DNA of 64,000 nucleotides, taken from contig JAHBMJ010000101.1 in NCBI GenBank assembly GCA_018398765.1, forward strand, positions 62,001-126,000, given 5' to 3'. The translations under genes were made by a program, and so were the position numbers. Shown here piece after piece: positions 33,790 through 48,500 of the stretch. This DNA comes from Chromera velia (lineage: Eukaryota). Numbering within the stretch: position 1 is the stretch's first letter; the number at the start of each line of letters is the position of its first letter. Below the pieces are notes generated by a model. That model made no database searches. It had not been told where the DNA came from and saw only the letters and a list, made by a program, of their open reading frames with translations.

Positions 33790-36448
33790 ATGTCTTCCCA
33801 ACCGGTGAGTGTTGTGTGTTCCCGTTCTTTTTTGTCCCAAGAGTGACCGAGAACTTCCCCCGTCTCCTGTGCCACCTTATTTTTCTTTTGCCCACCGATC
33901 ACCCAGGCTTGCATGTTTTTCCTTTCTCCTTCCAGAAAAAAAAGTGAGGCAGCTCGGATGGCATGTACCTGCAAGCAGATTGAGACTGTGAAAGAAGAAA
34001 GAGACGGGAGGGATAGAATGCGAAGATATGAGGCGCCGCGAAAGGAGACGCCGAAAATCAAAGACTGCCCCCCCCCATTCTTCCCGATAAATGCTCCCGA
34101 GAATATTCGTGCATTGCTGAAAAGTCTGCATGTGCACCCTCACCCTTCCCCTCCCCCCCCCGACCTGTACCCGGCAGAGAGCGCCTTCCTGAATCCGATC
34201 TGCTCTTTGTGTTGCTGTTTGTGCCTTCAGGGTCGAGGATCTCGGCGTAGAGGGAGAGGTGCTGTCTCTCTTTCCTCCCCTGCCGTTTTCTTCTGGCTGC
34301 CGCTGGTCTTCTTCCTGATTCGGATCGATCTATCGCAAGCTCAAAAGAAAGGTGATTGCACTTTTCTTTTCTCTTCTTTCCCATTCTGGTCTGCTTTTCT
34401 CTCTCCCCTTCTTGGAAGCTGTGAGGTTGGAGGAGGAAGCTCGGCGTTTGTGGTCCAGCACGTCCGTAAAGGCAAAACGTGCCTGCCCCTCATCAATTTA
34501 TCGTTTCTACTTTTCCCCCCCGTCTTATCTTATCTCATCCTCTCTTTTCCTGTTTTTCCCCACCTTATCTTCTGTTCTGTTCGGTTCTCGCAGTGTCGGT
34601 ATCAGAGGTGTCGTTCGACTCGGCTGTGGAAGACATTCAGTGGCTGGGGGGGGATCATCGGTCGGTCAGCCAGGCAGTCAGGCAGGAAGTCGACTTTTTG
34701 TCTGTGTGTCCTGTCTGCATGGCTGAACCTCCCCCCCCTCGGTCTTCTGTCTGTCATCTATCTATTTGTCTGCGCGAGAGACAAAGGAAGGCAGAATGGA
34801 AGACGAACTTGAAAGGAAAGAGCGAGCGCGCGCGCTTGCGCGAGAAAGAAAGAAGAGAAAGAGAGAGAGAGAGAGTCCAAAATCGAGAGAATTCCCCGTT
34901 CCTAGATCGTTGGGGTGCAAGCACGCAGGTTTCTTCCTACCTCAATTCCTTCTGCGTCTTTTCCCTTGCCTCTCTCTTTCTGTCTGTCTGCATGGCCGTG
35001 CTTTTGCTCATCTGTGATTTCCTTTTTCCTGTGAAGCATTTTGCTTGACGGATGACTCCAGTCCCTTCTTCTCTCATCTTCTCTCCTCTGTACACTGTCT
35101 GCTGAGCAATTTCAGGACTGTACTTTTGAAGACCCAAAAAGGTCGGATGGCCCGTCGGAAGCCGCAGGGTGTCGAACGGTCGAGGCGTCCCTCCCGTGAA
35201 AGGGAAAGAAGTGTTTGTTTGCCTACCGAGTTTCCTTCCTGTCGCGCTCAGAAAAAGGAGAGTCGAGATGATCAGATAGAGAAGGAAGACCTACCTCATG
35301 CGAATCTCTCTCACACTGGTTCAATCACTCCTGTGTTTATCTGTTGTGTGTGTGTCCCCAGTTCATGCATACCCTTTCTCTCAGTTCCGTTGAATTCGTG
35401 CTTGGCCGGAAAATTCAGAACCGTCCAGCTGCCTTCTTTCTCATCGTTTTTTCCGGACTACACGAATTTTTCCCTCTTTAGTTCTGCTGTGTAGTGGAGG
35501 AATGAAGGAAGGAAGCAGGCAGATGCAACCGCACAGACAACGAAGCGCTGCAACTCTCTCCTCTCTCTCCTTCATCTTTTCATGATGAAAAACGAAAAAA
35601 TCTCTCTCGTTCTTTCTTGTTCTTCCTTTCACTTCACACCACCCAGGCCGGATCTATCGCAGCACAGACGCGGGAAAGTCGTGGAATGACATCACGAGTC
35701 AGTCAGGCAGGGGGCGTGGGAGTCGATCTGAAAGCTCATTTATTTATTTCACTTTTGTTTGTCCCGCAGATGGTTGATAATGATGAGGCTGCATGCATGC
35801 GATGACGGGCTGCATGACTTGATGGAATTCTTTTCTCTGCGCTGCGCTGCGTATCCCCTCTCGGATTCATTCTCTCTCTCTCTCTCTCAGCGGGGACAAT
35901 CAATTTTCTTTCTCTCCGGTTTCCTTCTTCTTATTCCCGCGAATGTCGTCTAATCCATTCGTTCACTCGTTCTTTCCTTCTTCCTTCCTTCCTTCCTTCC
36001 TTTCTTTCTTTCTTTCTTTCTTTCTTTTCTTTCTTTTCTTTCTTTTCGTTCTTTTCTTTCTTTTCTTTCTTTTCGTTCTTTTCGTTCTTTTCTTTCTTTC
36101 TTTCTTTCCTTCCTTCCTTCTTTCTTTCTTTTTTTCTTTCTTTCTTTCTTTTCCTTCTGCAGGCTCCCTGAGTGAGGGTACTGTCCCGGGCTCCAATTTT
36201 GCTCCTGCGACCGTCACTGTGGAGAATGTTGTCGTCAACGGTGCAGGTGCGTCGGTGTTCTGTTCTTTCTGTTGTGTGTGCTTGCTGGGCGTTTGTGTCT
36301 GCCTGCCCGCGTGTTCATTCAGAAGGAACGTGGGCTTCTTTGTTCCTCCATCGCCAGACGGGGAACATTGCGAGAGAGAGCAAAAGAGCGAAACTTGTGT
36401 AGAGGAAAGTTCGGATAGGCAGACACAGGGTCCAGCAACATGAGTGTT

Positions 36449-36495
<47 letters not shown>

Positions 36496-38121
36496 TTCCT
36501 TCTTCTTTTTCTTCTTCTTCCTCTTCCTCTTCCTCTTCCTCTTCTTCTTCTTCTTCTTCTTGCCGTCTTTTGTTAAGTGATCGATCGATCTTTGTGTGAG
36601 AGCCTCCAGCATCGCTTCTTCCTTTCGCGCCATCGTTCCTCCTGTCTTTTTGCATTCTTTGACTCTTCAATGAGAACGTTTCCTGTGGCGTGCAGACAAA
36701 AATGTCGTTCTGATTCAGGGATCCAAACACACGCACTTCATCTCAGAGGATGGGTGGGTCTGTCTTCTCTTCTAAGGGTCTTTGGATTCTTCCTTCTGTC
36801 TCTTTCTCACTTCATCTCTCTTTCGTTTTTGTTTCTTCTTTCTTGATTTTCTCCATCTGCATAATTTGTTCTAAGTCTTCTGATGATTATGCTTAGATTT
36901 TGCAAAATGTGTTCATGCAAAATGTGGTCTTACTCTCTTGCCTCAATTGGATTCCTTCGTTTCCCTCTACCCTTTCCCGTCCCCCTTTTCTTCTTTTCTC
37001 TTCCGCATGTTGTGTCGCCCCACCTGCAGGGCCCGGACTTTCCGCCGCCTGAAGCAGAGAGCCCCCATCCATCAGTGGCAGTTCCATCCTTCCAGGAGCA
37101 AGTGGGCTCTGCTCTCCACTTGGACCGAGGTCGGCAGGGGGGGGGGGGNNNNNNNNNNNNNNNNNNNNNNNNNNNNNNNNNNNNNNNNNNNNNNNNNNNN
37201 NNNNNNNNNNNNNNNNNNNNNNNNNNNNNNNNNNNNGGGGGGGGGGGGGCGGGTACAGACACGCAAAGACACACGCACACACACGTAAGGAGACAGAAGG
37301 CTCACGCCAAGTGCGAAGAGAGAAAAGAAAGACAGATTATAAGAAACATAAAGAGAGGGAGAAGAATGATGCCTGCAGGGCCTTGACAGAAGAAGATTAT
37401 TTCACTTCTGCTGTGTATGCGTGAAATTGACCATGGGAAGAAAAGAGAAGGGAATTGCGGTTCACAAGACGAAGGAAGGATGAGTGCCGATCTCTCTCTG
37501 TGTGTGCCTGCAGACATGCGACGCTCCTGGAGCAGGTCACAAAAAGGACACCTCCTCCTCAGATTCAGCAGGAGAAGAGAAAGAACAGCCGTGCAACCAT
37601 CTCCTGTACGTGACACGCGATGCCGGAAGGACCTTTTCCTTTGTGGAGTCCTACGTTGTCCAATTTTCGTCAGTCATGTTCTCCTCTCCTCTGTTCTCTT
37701 CTCTCTCCTCTGTTCTCTTCTCCTCTCTTCTTTGTTTTTTCTCTTTCGCTACTTCTCTCTATTCTTGCTTTTCCTGTCCTCAAGCGCAGTCTCTCTCTCC
37801 ATGTCTCGGTCATTTCTTCGCGGAAGACACTGCCGTTACCTGTCTTTTCTTTCTGAAATTATTTTTCGTCTGACCGTTTGTCTCCGTGCATGAGAGAGAG
37901 AGAGAGCAGGTGGGGAGATCCGAAGTTGTCCCAAGAGGAGAGGATCTTCTACACACACCACAGACACAAAAAGGGGGATCAGCCGAGGTTTGGCGGATGG
38001 GCCAAGACCGTGGACCTCTCCTACACAGACAACCTCGGTGGGTCGGTGGGTGGGTGCTCGAGCGAGAGGCCTGCGTGCATACATACATGCATGGTGGGGC
38101 CAAAGGAAAAAAGAAAGGGTT

Positions 38122-38159
<38 letters not shown>

Positions 38160-40068
38160 GGCATTTGTGCATGAGGAGAGTGCAGTTTCTGTTGGATCTC
38201 TAATAGGAAGAAGGGCATGTTCATCAGAATCGGGGCATGCTTGTCTTTGCTGGTCATCTGGAATTTACAGATGATCATTTTTTTTTTTTCTTTCTTTTCT
38301 TTCTTTCTTTCTTTCTTTCTTTTCTTTTCTTTTTTCCTTTCTTTCTTTCCTTCTTCTGCTGCCCGTCTCTCGCTTCTCTCGGATCTGCTGGAGGTCCCAT
38401 GGGACGGACCCTTTTCTTTCTTTTTCTTCTTTTGTTGCATGCATCTGGAGTGCCGACGGACCTTCTGACTGCCGAAGGCACCTGGATCTCCTTCGCTCTT
38501 CCTCCCTCCCTCCCACCCACTGATCCTCCAGCCCCCCCGTGCTTTCTGTTCGGCTTTCGTGCTCTTTGCCTGGCTTTAGCGGCTCGTATTTTGCATTGCA
38601 TCTCTCTCTCTCTCTCTGCCTGTTGTCTATCTGCATGCAGGGAAGAGCTCCACAACTGCGGTTCACAGAGGGAACAAATTTTTGGTGTCGAACGGGTTGG
38701 TCCGGATGGGTAGGGAAGGGTCGGGAGATGGAGAGGTGGAAGGGGCATAGAAGTACGGGTGGGGGGAAAATTTTCTTTCCTCATTTCTTCCAGGTTTCGT
38801 TCCCGAGCGCCGTGCCCATTCACGGCCGGTCTTCGGGAGAGGGGAGGCCCTGAGTGTTGTTGTTGTTGTTAGGGCAGGAACCAGTCGACATCAACTTCCG
38901 CAGAAGGGGGTTCTCTTTCTTCCTCATTTTTTGTGACGATTGGGCGAAGAATCAAGGACGGAGTGGGAGAGAGCCAACAGAACAGACAGAGTCGCCCAAT
39001 CAATCAACGCACACAGGAAGGAACCCATCTACACATTTTGATCCTATGCATGCAGGTACGTCTTTGTCGCCAAACTTGCAGACGCCACAAAACAGACTGT
39101 CGAGTTACAGGTCGGTTTGACAGGAAAAGAGGAGGCAGAGAGAAAAGAGGAGGGGGCAGCAACGAAGTGAGATGGCCGTCACTCTTTCTGTGTGTGGGGG
39201 GTTGGGTGGGTCTTACGGAGGGTGTTCGTGCGTACACGGATGAGTTTGTGTGCGTGCGTGTGTGTGTGCGAATTCTGCAAATGTGATCATTCCTGCTCTT
39301 ATCCACACTCTCTCCCCGTAACTGTCTGCCCTGTTGTTTTTTTCTGTGTCGGTGTCTGTCTGTGCCTCTGCAGGTGTCCACTGACGGAGCGAGATCATTT
39401 CGGACTGCGCGGCTTCCCTTTGCGCACGAGCTGCAGGTTCGTTCTCTTCTCGATGGTTTCTTCTGTTTGGAGGAGCATTACGTTCCTTTTTTTTTACCTC
39501 CTCTTCGGCGTGCTTTGCTTTTCGTCTGTGCTTCAACGTGTTTCTTTCTCGCTTCTGTCGGGTGTTCTTGCTTTCCTGAAGCGCTTGCGTGTTTCTTTTC
39601 CTGGTTGACCTGTCTCCCACCTCTCCCTTCGCTTCTTTCACATTCTGTTGCTTGCTTTGTTGTGACGCACGCACGCAGGAGAAGAGTTACACCATTCTGG
39701 ACACCTCGGAGGGCGCAGTGATGCTTCATGTGAATCACGGAGATCATGGGGTGGGTGGGTGGGTCAGTTTGACTGATAGAAGATGAATTGTTCTCTCTTT
39801 TGTTTTGTTTTGTCTCTGAGTGCACTGCGGCGGCGGGAGGGGGGGAAGGGGGAATGGAAGCGAGGTGCGAGGGGTTGACTGTTTGTTGCACTGTGGATTT
39901 ACTGCATTGTGGTGGCATCGACGGATTTTGTCTTCCAGCCGGAAAACGCGTTCCGAATAGGTGTCTTGGTGTGTCTTCCATCCTCCTCTTGCCGCCACAT
40001 GTTTTTCTTGCCTTCCGGATCCATCGATCGATCTGTGCATATATGTGTATATATATGTGTGTATATAT

Positions 40069-40136
<68 letters not shown>

Positions 40137-40697
40137 TCTTTTCGGGAGGCGGAAGTGCCAAGTGTGTACTTCTCCCTTTTTCCTCCCTCCCTCCCTCCCT
40201 CCCTCCCTGTGCATGGATGCATGCAGAGAAGCGGTACGGGGAACGTGTACATCTCTGACGCTGCTGGGTTCAGATACTCTCTTTCCCTTCCCTCGAATGT
40301 GGGTGGGTGGGTGAGTTGGTGAATGAAGGGAATCAATCATTGGCTGGATTGCCGAAGAGTGAAGAGGTGCATTCGTCGGTCTGCTTTTTTCACCCCCGTC
40401 ATTTTCACCTTCCCGCTGCATTTTGTTAAGGAACTTCTCCTCCATTTTTCGGTGACTGCGCAAGGCTTCGAAGCTTTGGGCTGTCTGTGTGGTGATGAGA
40501 ATCTCGTCTGTGCTGCACCTTCTTTTGTATTCCAGGCGAGCGATGGGGCGGGTACGTGATCTGGTTTGAGTCCCAAAGAAGACTGCTCACTTATGATTCA
40601 AGTCCACGCAAATATCAAGACAAGATCACTAGGTTTCTCGAAAACACGCTTGTGTCTCTCTCACACACAAATCCGTTCGTGCGCGCGCGAACAGACA

Positions 40698-40732
<35 letters not shown>

Positions 40733-42250
40733 TTTCCTGTCTTTCACTCTATTTTTTTCCCTTTGTGTATGCAGATTCGGTCTTTGAGTGGCGAGTGTGA
40801 GTTTGATAAGGTCGGTCAGTAGGGCGGGCGGCCAGTCTGTTCGCCAGCGTGTACTGGCCTTATGTGTCGGCAGTTTTGAATGTCCAGCAAAAGCGATGAG
40901 CGGCACAAACGTGAGGAATGCACGCGGAATTGACTGAAACTCAATCAAACAAAGAAAGAAAGAAACACATGCTCGTGCATGCGTGCGCATATGCGTCCTT
41001 GACGGATGGATGGATCGGTGGCCGGCGGCTTTTGCCTGCCTGCAGGTTCTCTCGATGGACGGCGTGTACATCGCGAACTTCAAGGACGATGCAACGCAGA
41101 GCGTCAGGTCTGTCTGTCTGTCTGTCGTCAGGCTGGTTTTGTTCTGCGTGGTAGGAGTAAGTTGGAATGTGCGTAATTTTTCAGATAGATGAACTCTAAC
41201 TAAGTTTAGTGTGCCTGTCAGATTGTTTCATTCTAGGTTGGGTTACGGGAGACCGGCGAACAGACAGGAAGATGGAGCGCGAGGGAGGAGGGATCGATAC
41301 TAACAGAAAGTGTCTCTTCGTCTGTTTCAGTACTCACTTGTTTTTTTTCCTGACCTGCGCTTATTGTGAAACCAAATTAAAATCCCTGTCTCCTCCCCTT
41401 ATTCTGTGTTCCTTTGTGTGTGTGGCCTTTGATGACGGCCTTCATATTGCATTGTCTTTTTGTGTTGTCTTTCCTCACTTCATGGTCAGCATCAAACGAA
41501 GTGAGTGGAGGCGAGAACCTCGCCTCTGTTCCCCTTCTTTTCACCAAGCGTCTGTGTGTCATCCATCCCTTAATTCTGCAGCAACGACAACAGAGATGGC
41601 GGAGAGATGGAGGCAGTCGAAAAAGAGGCAGAGCTGGAGGTAGGTAGGTCGTCAGTGTGGGGATCTTCTCTCTCCCCGTGTGGGTGCGAGAGAGAGTTTC
41701 GATGTCAAGCTGCATGTGTCCTTGAAGTCGCAGATCTCCAAGAAAAGGCCACAGGGGTTTTCTTTTTTGTGTGCGGCATCGCCTGAGAGAGGATGAGAAG
41801 AGGAGACACGAGAAAGCAGGGAGATGGAAGGAACTTGAGCGCAGAGAGAGTTGATGCTCGAGAGAACAATTCAAGTGAAAGGACCCCTCTAGAGAGAGTC
41901 TCCCTGTTTGTCTCTGTCGGTATCTCTGCAATTATTTCTTCATCTTTTTTCTTTGGAATTCCGCCAGACACAACAAACATACTTTGCTTCTTTTTGTTCT
42001 CTCTGCCTGCAGGAAGAAGAAACAACAGCAACAAATACAGACCTGAAGAGGATGAAGAGAAAAAAGGTCAGCGGTCAATCATTTGGGAAAACCAAACCTG
42101 CGCTGAAAAAGAGGGCTTCGGCACGGATCAAGAGAGAGAGAGAGAGAGCAGAGAGACACAGGCAGGACGAATCTACAGGGGGCATGCGGTGTCAGTTGAC
42201 GGATGAGGAGAAGTGGAAGGAAACAGGGGCCAGAAATGTGGATCGAAAAA

Positions 42251-42289
<39 letters not shown>

Positions 42290-43581
42290 TGCTCGTGCAT
42301 GTCACCAAATTTGCGCCTCCCCTTTGACTCATTATGCGTTCCTCAGTTTCCTCTGCATGCTAAATCATTGAAGCTGAATTTGTGCTTGTTTCTCTCTGTT
42401 GCTGCCGCAAGTCATGAATCCGCCCTGAAATCCCAACTGACACAAGACTGTATATCACTAGCTGTTTACCTCTCTCCCGTCCCTCTGTGTGCAGAAGGCG
42501 GAGGAGGTTGTGAAGACTGTGATTTCCTTCGACAAGGGCGCAGTTTGGTCCTACCTCAAAGCTCCAAAAATCGACAGCAAGGGTAAGAGGGAGAGTCGGT
42601 CATTCGAAGGAAGGGGGGGAGGGAGCATGAAGGAAGCGGAAAGGGATCAATCACTGAGCGAAAACGGTATTGAATGTGCAAACAGGCACCTGAAGGCCTC
42701 GAATGCCAAGACGAAGCAAAAAGAATGAAAGGCCAGTGTGCATTCAAGGGAACTAGTTGGAAGGGAGAGAACGACAGAGAGGAGGGCCATTCTAAGAGGA
42801 ATGAGAAGGAATGTGCAAATGCTTCCTCGTCCTTCCTTTGTGTGTTTGACATCTCTCTCTGCAGGACAGAAGACCCCGTGCTACGCAGGGGGACAGGACG
42901 CTGACAGCTGCTGGTTGCACCTTCACGGGATCACAAACTTTCACAACTATGCGCCTTTCTACTCAGGTGGGGTCTGAGAGGGGGGAAGTGGGTGGGTGGG
43001 TGTTTGGGAAAGAGGAAAGAAGAAAGGCTGTGACCAGCAGTGCATTGCTAGACACTCTACAAAAGCGGGGAGTCTTGGAGTTTTCTACTTTTTGAATGCC
43101 TCCTCTTCTCTCTTTACTCCTGCTCCAGTGTGATCTTTGCATTGATGCATGCTGTTGATGGATGGATAGATGGATGGCTGGATGGATGGAATGGATGGAT
43201 GGAATGGATGGATGGATGGAATGGATGGATGGATGGATGGATGGAATGGATGGATGGAATGGATGGATGGAATGGATGGATGGAATGGATGGGTGGAATG
43301 GATGGATGGAATGGATCGATGGATGGATGGAATGGATGGATGGCTGGATGGATGGAATGGATGGAATGGATGGATGGAATGGATGGATGGATGGATGGAT
43401 GGCTGGATGGATGGATGGATGGAATGGATGGATGGATTGGATGGATGGATGGAATGGATGGATGGATGGATGGAATGGATGGATGGATAGATGGATGGAT
43501 GGATGGATGGATGCAGTCGAGAACGCCGTTGGAATAATTCTGGGAACAGGAAATGTAGGAGGCCACTTGAGGTGAGGCAAA

Positions 43582-43613
<32 letters not shown>

Positions 43614-44892
43614 CAAGGGGTGAGGCAAAGTGGGGGAATGTGGCCGTTCTGTTTTCTTCCGGATCTCCCGTCACCAATTCGCCCCTTGTTTGTGTACATG
43701 CTTGGACCACTCAACTCCCAGCCCTCGGTCTTGCCCCTTGAGGCTCCCTCCGCATGAGTGAGAACAAGAGGAAGAGCGAGATCATACCCCAAAGACTGGA
43801 AAAAGGAATGAAGAGAAGACAGAGCTTCTGGTTGCTGGGCTCAAAACATCTGTCTTTGTCGTCTCCTTTTCGTGCTACGGCAATTGCATTCTGTGTCAAA
43901 ACGAATGATGTCACTTCCTTCCTTCCTTCCACACCCCTCGATCCATGCACCATGCACCTGTTCGTTCCTCTACGTGAACGGCCTCGAATAGCTCCCTCAT
44001 TCCGACACTGTCCCCCCCCGCTCTTGTTTCTGCTTACAGGTATGAGCCTGATGAGATCAACACCTATTTGAGCAGAGACGGTCAGTGACATGATGACATA
44101 TTTTCCTGTTTGCGGAACTGAGAGGAAGAAAAGTGAGAGAGGCAGTCGGAGGGAAGCAGTCAAATGAGAAAAGAAAGTCAACACACAAAAAAAGGGGACT
44201 ATGTTTAGGCTCTCTCTCGCTCTGTCGGCTTGTCGGTCCGCGATCACTCTTTTTCTCTTTTGCACTCGGTAAGGGAGGAATTCAGTGAGAGACCCTTCTC
44301 TTTCGAGCTTCTCCTCGCACTGCTGGGAGCTTTACTTCCTCCAGACCACACAGACACACACTGTTTTTGGACCCCCCCTCTGCTCTCTCTTTCCTTCCTT
44401 CTCTTTCCCTCAGGTGGAGTATCCTGGGTAGAGGCGCACAAGGGGGCTTTCATTTACGAGTTCGGGGACCACGGGGGGTTGATTGTGATGGCAGACGACC
44501 TCCGAAAGACGAACCAAGTAAGTGAGGAAGCTGAAAGGGAAAAGAAAAATGGAGCAGATGGGGGAGTCGGAAGTCACAATGGGGGGTGGGAGGGAAATGA
44601 ATGACCCTTACCAGCGGGAACGTTGCGGTCTGTCGGATTTGTCGTTTGTTGCGAATTGGTTGATAAGAAAGACACAGCTAGGCTCCTTCCTCCCTATTGG
44701 GGAAGTCCCTCTCCCTCCCTCTCTCCATCTGTTTGTCGGAGTAGGAAAAGAAAGAGGCGAATATTCATGCAGTGAGGAGAACTCTCCTGATTGTGCGTAG
44801 AAACTTCTTTTGATGGTCCCCTGTCCGCATGTTTCCCTTCTATCTCTTCCAGGTCGTCTTCTCCTGGAATGAGGGGCAGTCGTGGTCAGTCT

Positions 44893-44927
<35 letters not shown>

Positions 44928-45540
44928 GTGTCTCCCTGTCTCTCTCGCTCGCCCCGTGTGTGGGGGTCCAAGGCTGTCTTCGCTGCAGTGTCTTTTGGCT
45001 GCTGTCTTCCTTGGATCTTTCTTTCTTCCTTGCTTGTGCGTGGAGTGGGGGCTTTCCTTCCAAGGACATGAATGTAGGCCGAGAGAAGGGAAAGGGCGGT
45101 GCGGCACCCTGGTTCTTGTGCGCTTCTCTCTCTGTCTGAAGATGAAAGAGTGTGGCTTTGTGCTTTGCCCTGCACAATTTGTTTCTGCCTCTCTGATGGC
45201 ATGAAGAAGAGCCTTTCTCTCCCTCTCTCTCTCTTGTGCTGTTGCCTCCTTTTTTCATCAAGTGAATACACACAACTAACTGTGCATGCACCCTCCCTCA
45301 TGCCAAGCGAAGATTGCCCCCCCTCTTCAGGTATCCATGCACTCATATCTATCTTCAGTCTGTCCCTCATGCCAAGATTGCCCCCCCTCTTCAGGTATCC
45401 ATGCACTCATATCTATCTTCAGTCTGTCCATCCATCCATCTTCTATCTGTCTATATGTATGTCTGCATCGACTGTGTGCATGAGCCTGCAGGTACGACTT
45501 TGACTTGGGTGCATATCCTGTGGAGGTGTGTCTGTCTGTC

Positions 45541-45573
<33 letters not shown>

Positions 45574-48500
45574 GTTTTCGCTCGCTTGGATTGCTTTTGC
45601 TTGTCTGTGCTCAGTTGTTTTTGTTTTGTTGTTCTCTGCAGAGAACGAGAGAGCTTGACAGGGGAAAACGAATTGAACGCACTCTTTTGATATGCAGCTT
45701 CATCACCCGACTCTCCTGCGTGCGTGCGAGAGAGAGAGAGTCGGTCTTCCAATCTCATGCCTTTCCTGCCCTTCCCCCTCCCTTCTCTTTTTCTCCTCTC
45801 TTTTTTCTCTTCTCTTCTGCCTTTTGCCTATGCTCGGTGTGTCTGTCCATGCATGCAGGTCGACAACATCGTGATCGAACCGAATGCCTCTGCAGTGGAG
45901 TTTCTTCTCTACGGTCAGACTGCATTCGTTGCACGTTCTCTCTCTCTCTCTCTCCCTCTCCCTGTCTGTGGCTTTGGACTCAAAGCAGACAGACGCGACA
46001 CCGCTTTCCCTTCCCCCCTGCAGGTGAAGGACAGCCAAGGTTCCTCCTTCTCCCCTGCAATTCCTCTTTGTTTCTATTCCCTGTTTGCGTATCTTTTGAT
46101 GCCTCCCTCTTCGCCTGCGATTGACGAAGAAAAACTGGCTGGCTGGCTGGATGGCTGGATGGATGTCTTGTGGGTTTGATGCCTCATACCTGCATAGAAT
46201 AAGATTAAATCGCTGGGTGCACGGGTGGGTGCAGGAACGAGAGGAGATGCAGGAGTCCTCTTCCATCTGGATTTTGGGGCGTTGGGGCAACCTGCATGTG
46301 AGCAGCTCTTGTTTGTTGGATTGAGTCGCTCGCTCTTTTCCGTCCAAGTTTGTATGTTGTGCTTTTCTGCTTCTTTGCTTGTTCTATCTTTTGGATTTGT
46401 CGCATGGCAGGGGCAAAAACTCTTTAGGTTCTTCGCTTCATCTGTTGGCCTCTGTCGCTTCTGTCCAGATAAAGGAGGACGGACGCAAAGACAGATCACT
46501 CTTTGGTTTCTTTACCTTTCGCTCCCTCCCTCCCCCCCGCATTCACTAATCTTCTGCTTTTGTTCTGCTTGTCCCTGCGGTTGTTCGTTTCTGTGCCTTC
46601 GTGCGTGCGTTTTTTCTCCTGTCTGTGCGTGGGTCGAGAATCTTTTTAAAACGCGCTCGGGTGGAGCAAAAAGGGGAGTAGACGGTGGGAAAGTGAGAAA
46701 GAAAAAAAGAGAAGGGGCCAATAAGCTGAAGATAAGGAAAAGTCAGGAACGACAAGGAGTTAACAGACTCTGCCACTCAGAGATAAAGGGACTGATCAAT
46801 CTTGTTAGCACTCATAGTTCCTCTCCTCTCAATCCTCTATCATTCCTTTCTTCCTTGCAGGCAAAGGAATCTGGGCAGCCGACAGCGTCTCTTCGGGTGA
46901 GTAAGTCGATGAGAGAGACCCTGCAGCCAGATGATCGAGACAAGAAGATCAAGTGAGGCAGGCAGGCGGCATGTGACGGGCTTCTCGATCGAGGCGTGTG
47001 CTGTTTTCTTAACGCACTTCAGGATCCTGAAGTTTTCTCTCTGTCTCTACGCGCGAGCGCGTGCGTGTTTGAGTGCTCCATGCTCTTGCAGCCTCGGCCA
47101 GGCCTCTGTACCTCCAGACTGTCTATCTATCAGAGAAGCGAAGAAGACTGCAGAGCCCTGGCCTCCTGATCCACTGAACACACCAACAGAGAGATGTGCA
47201 AACAAAGCACCAGACGATCTCTTGAATCAATCAATGCTTGGATGGCTCCCTCCCTGCAGACTACGAGAGTTGGACCCCGTCCACTGGTGGGACCTCTGGG
47301 TGTTCCCTTGGGAGGCAGGTCAGAAGGGAGAGAACGAAACACGTAGGGAGGAAGAGAAAGGCAAGGAAGTAGAGAGAGTGGAGGACATCCAACTGATGTT
47401 GCTGAAAGCTTCTTTGTTGGTTTCCTGCTCCCTCTCAATGATGCCCTGTGGGTCTTGGCTTCACGTGCCACCACCTCAACGTATTCCCGCCCCCTCCCCC
47501 CCCTCCCTCAGGCTTCGAGCGCTCTGTTCTCTTCGCTTCTCTTCTCTTTTCCACGCTTCTCTTTTCTTCCTTCTCTCCTGTCCTCTCTCTATCGTCTGCG
47601 AGATTCATTGATTGATTGATTGATTGATTGCAGGTGACGTACACGAGGAGAAAACAAACGTCGGAGTGCTTCAACGGCCAGGACTTCCAGCGGCCTGTCT
47701 TCAAAAAGGTGCGGGAGGAGGGGAGGGGAGGGTAGTCTTGTCTGTCCTCGCTTTTTGTCCGTGTTCTGTCTGCTTTTGCTCAAAAAGTGCTTGTATCGTG
47801 AATATCTGTGTGTGCGTGTGCGTGCGTGTGTGTGTGTCTGTGTCTGTGTAATCAGGGATATGGATGAAGTGACACTCATGAGGATTTCGCAGATCTCTCT
47901 CGTTCTCTTTCTCTTTATTTGTAAGTGCGCGCACGCGCGCGCGCGCGCGTGTGTGTGTGTGTATGGGTGTGTGTGTGCAGAATTGCGAGTGCTCAGAGGA
48001 AGACTTCGAGTGCGAATTTGGATTCACTCGGAAAGTAGGGAGCACAACCTGCTCGCCTGAGGACCCTGACCTCACTGCAGAGAGCTGTGCGACAGGGGGA
48101 TATGTTTACACGGTCCGCTTCCTTTCTTTTTTTGATGTTTTTCGTGACCGATGTCTATCTTTTACGAGGCTTCTCGGCCTATGTGCCTACGTGTATTTCT
48201 CAAAAGCTGTCCGTCCATCAATTCCTCATCTACCTTTCTTCGGCGCCATCCTTGCCTTCTTCTTCGCCTCTCCACTTTTCTGACTCGCATATCATCGAAT
48301 GAATGAATCAATAAAGGAATTAAAGGAAAAGCAAGGACGAATGAATCAATAAAGGAGTTAAAGGAAAAGGAAGGACGAAGGAAGGAAGGAAGGAAGGACT
48401 TCAACACGGTGTTCCTCTCCATCCCACGAAGTGGGGAACTGAGTCTAGATCGAGAAACAGACATGCAGAGGCTTTGTGTTGTGACACACACGCTTTAAAT

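Noticed and set aside
45295..45430. ~70-bp duplication containing TTCAG|GTATCC as alternative sortilin exons
   Set aside because: The flanking exons (44853 and 45492) already join in frame to give SW|YDFDLG; it appears to be a simple intronic duplication.
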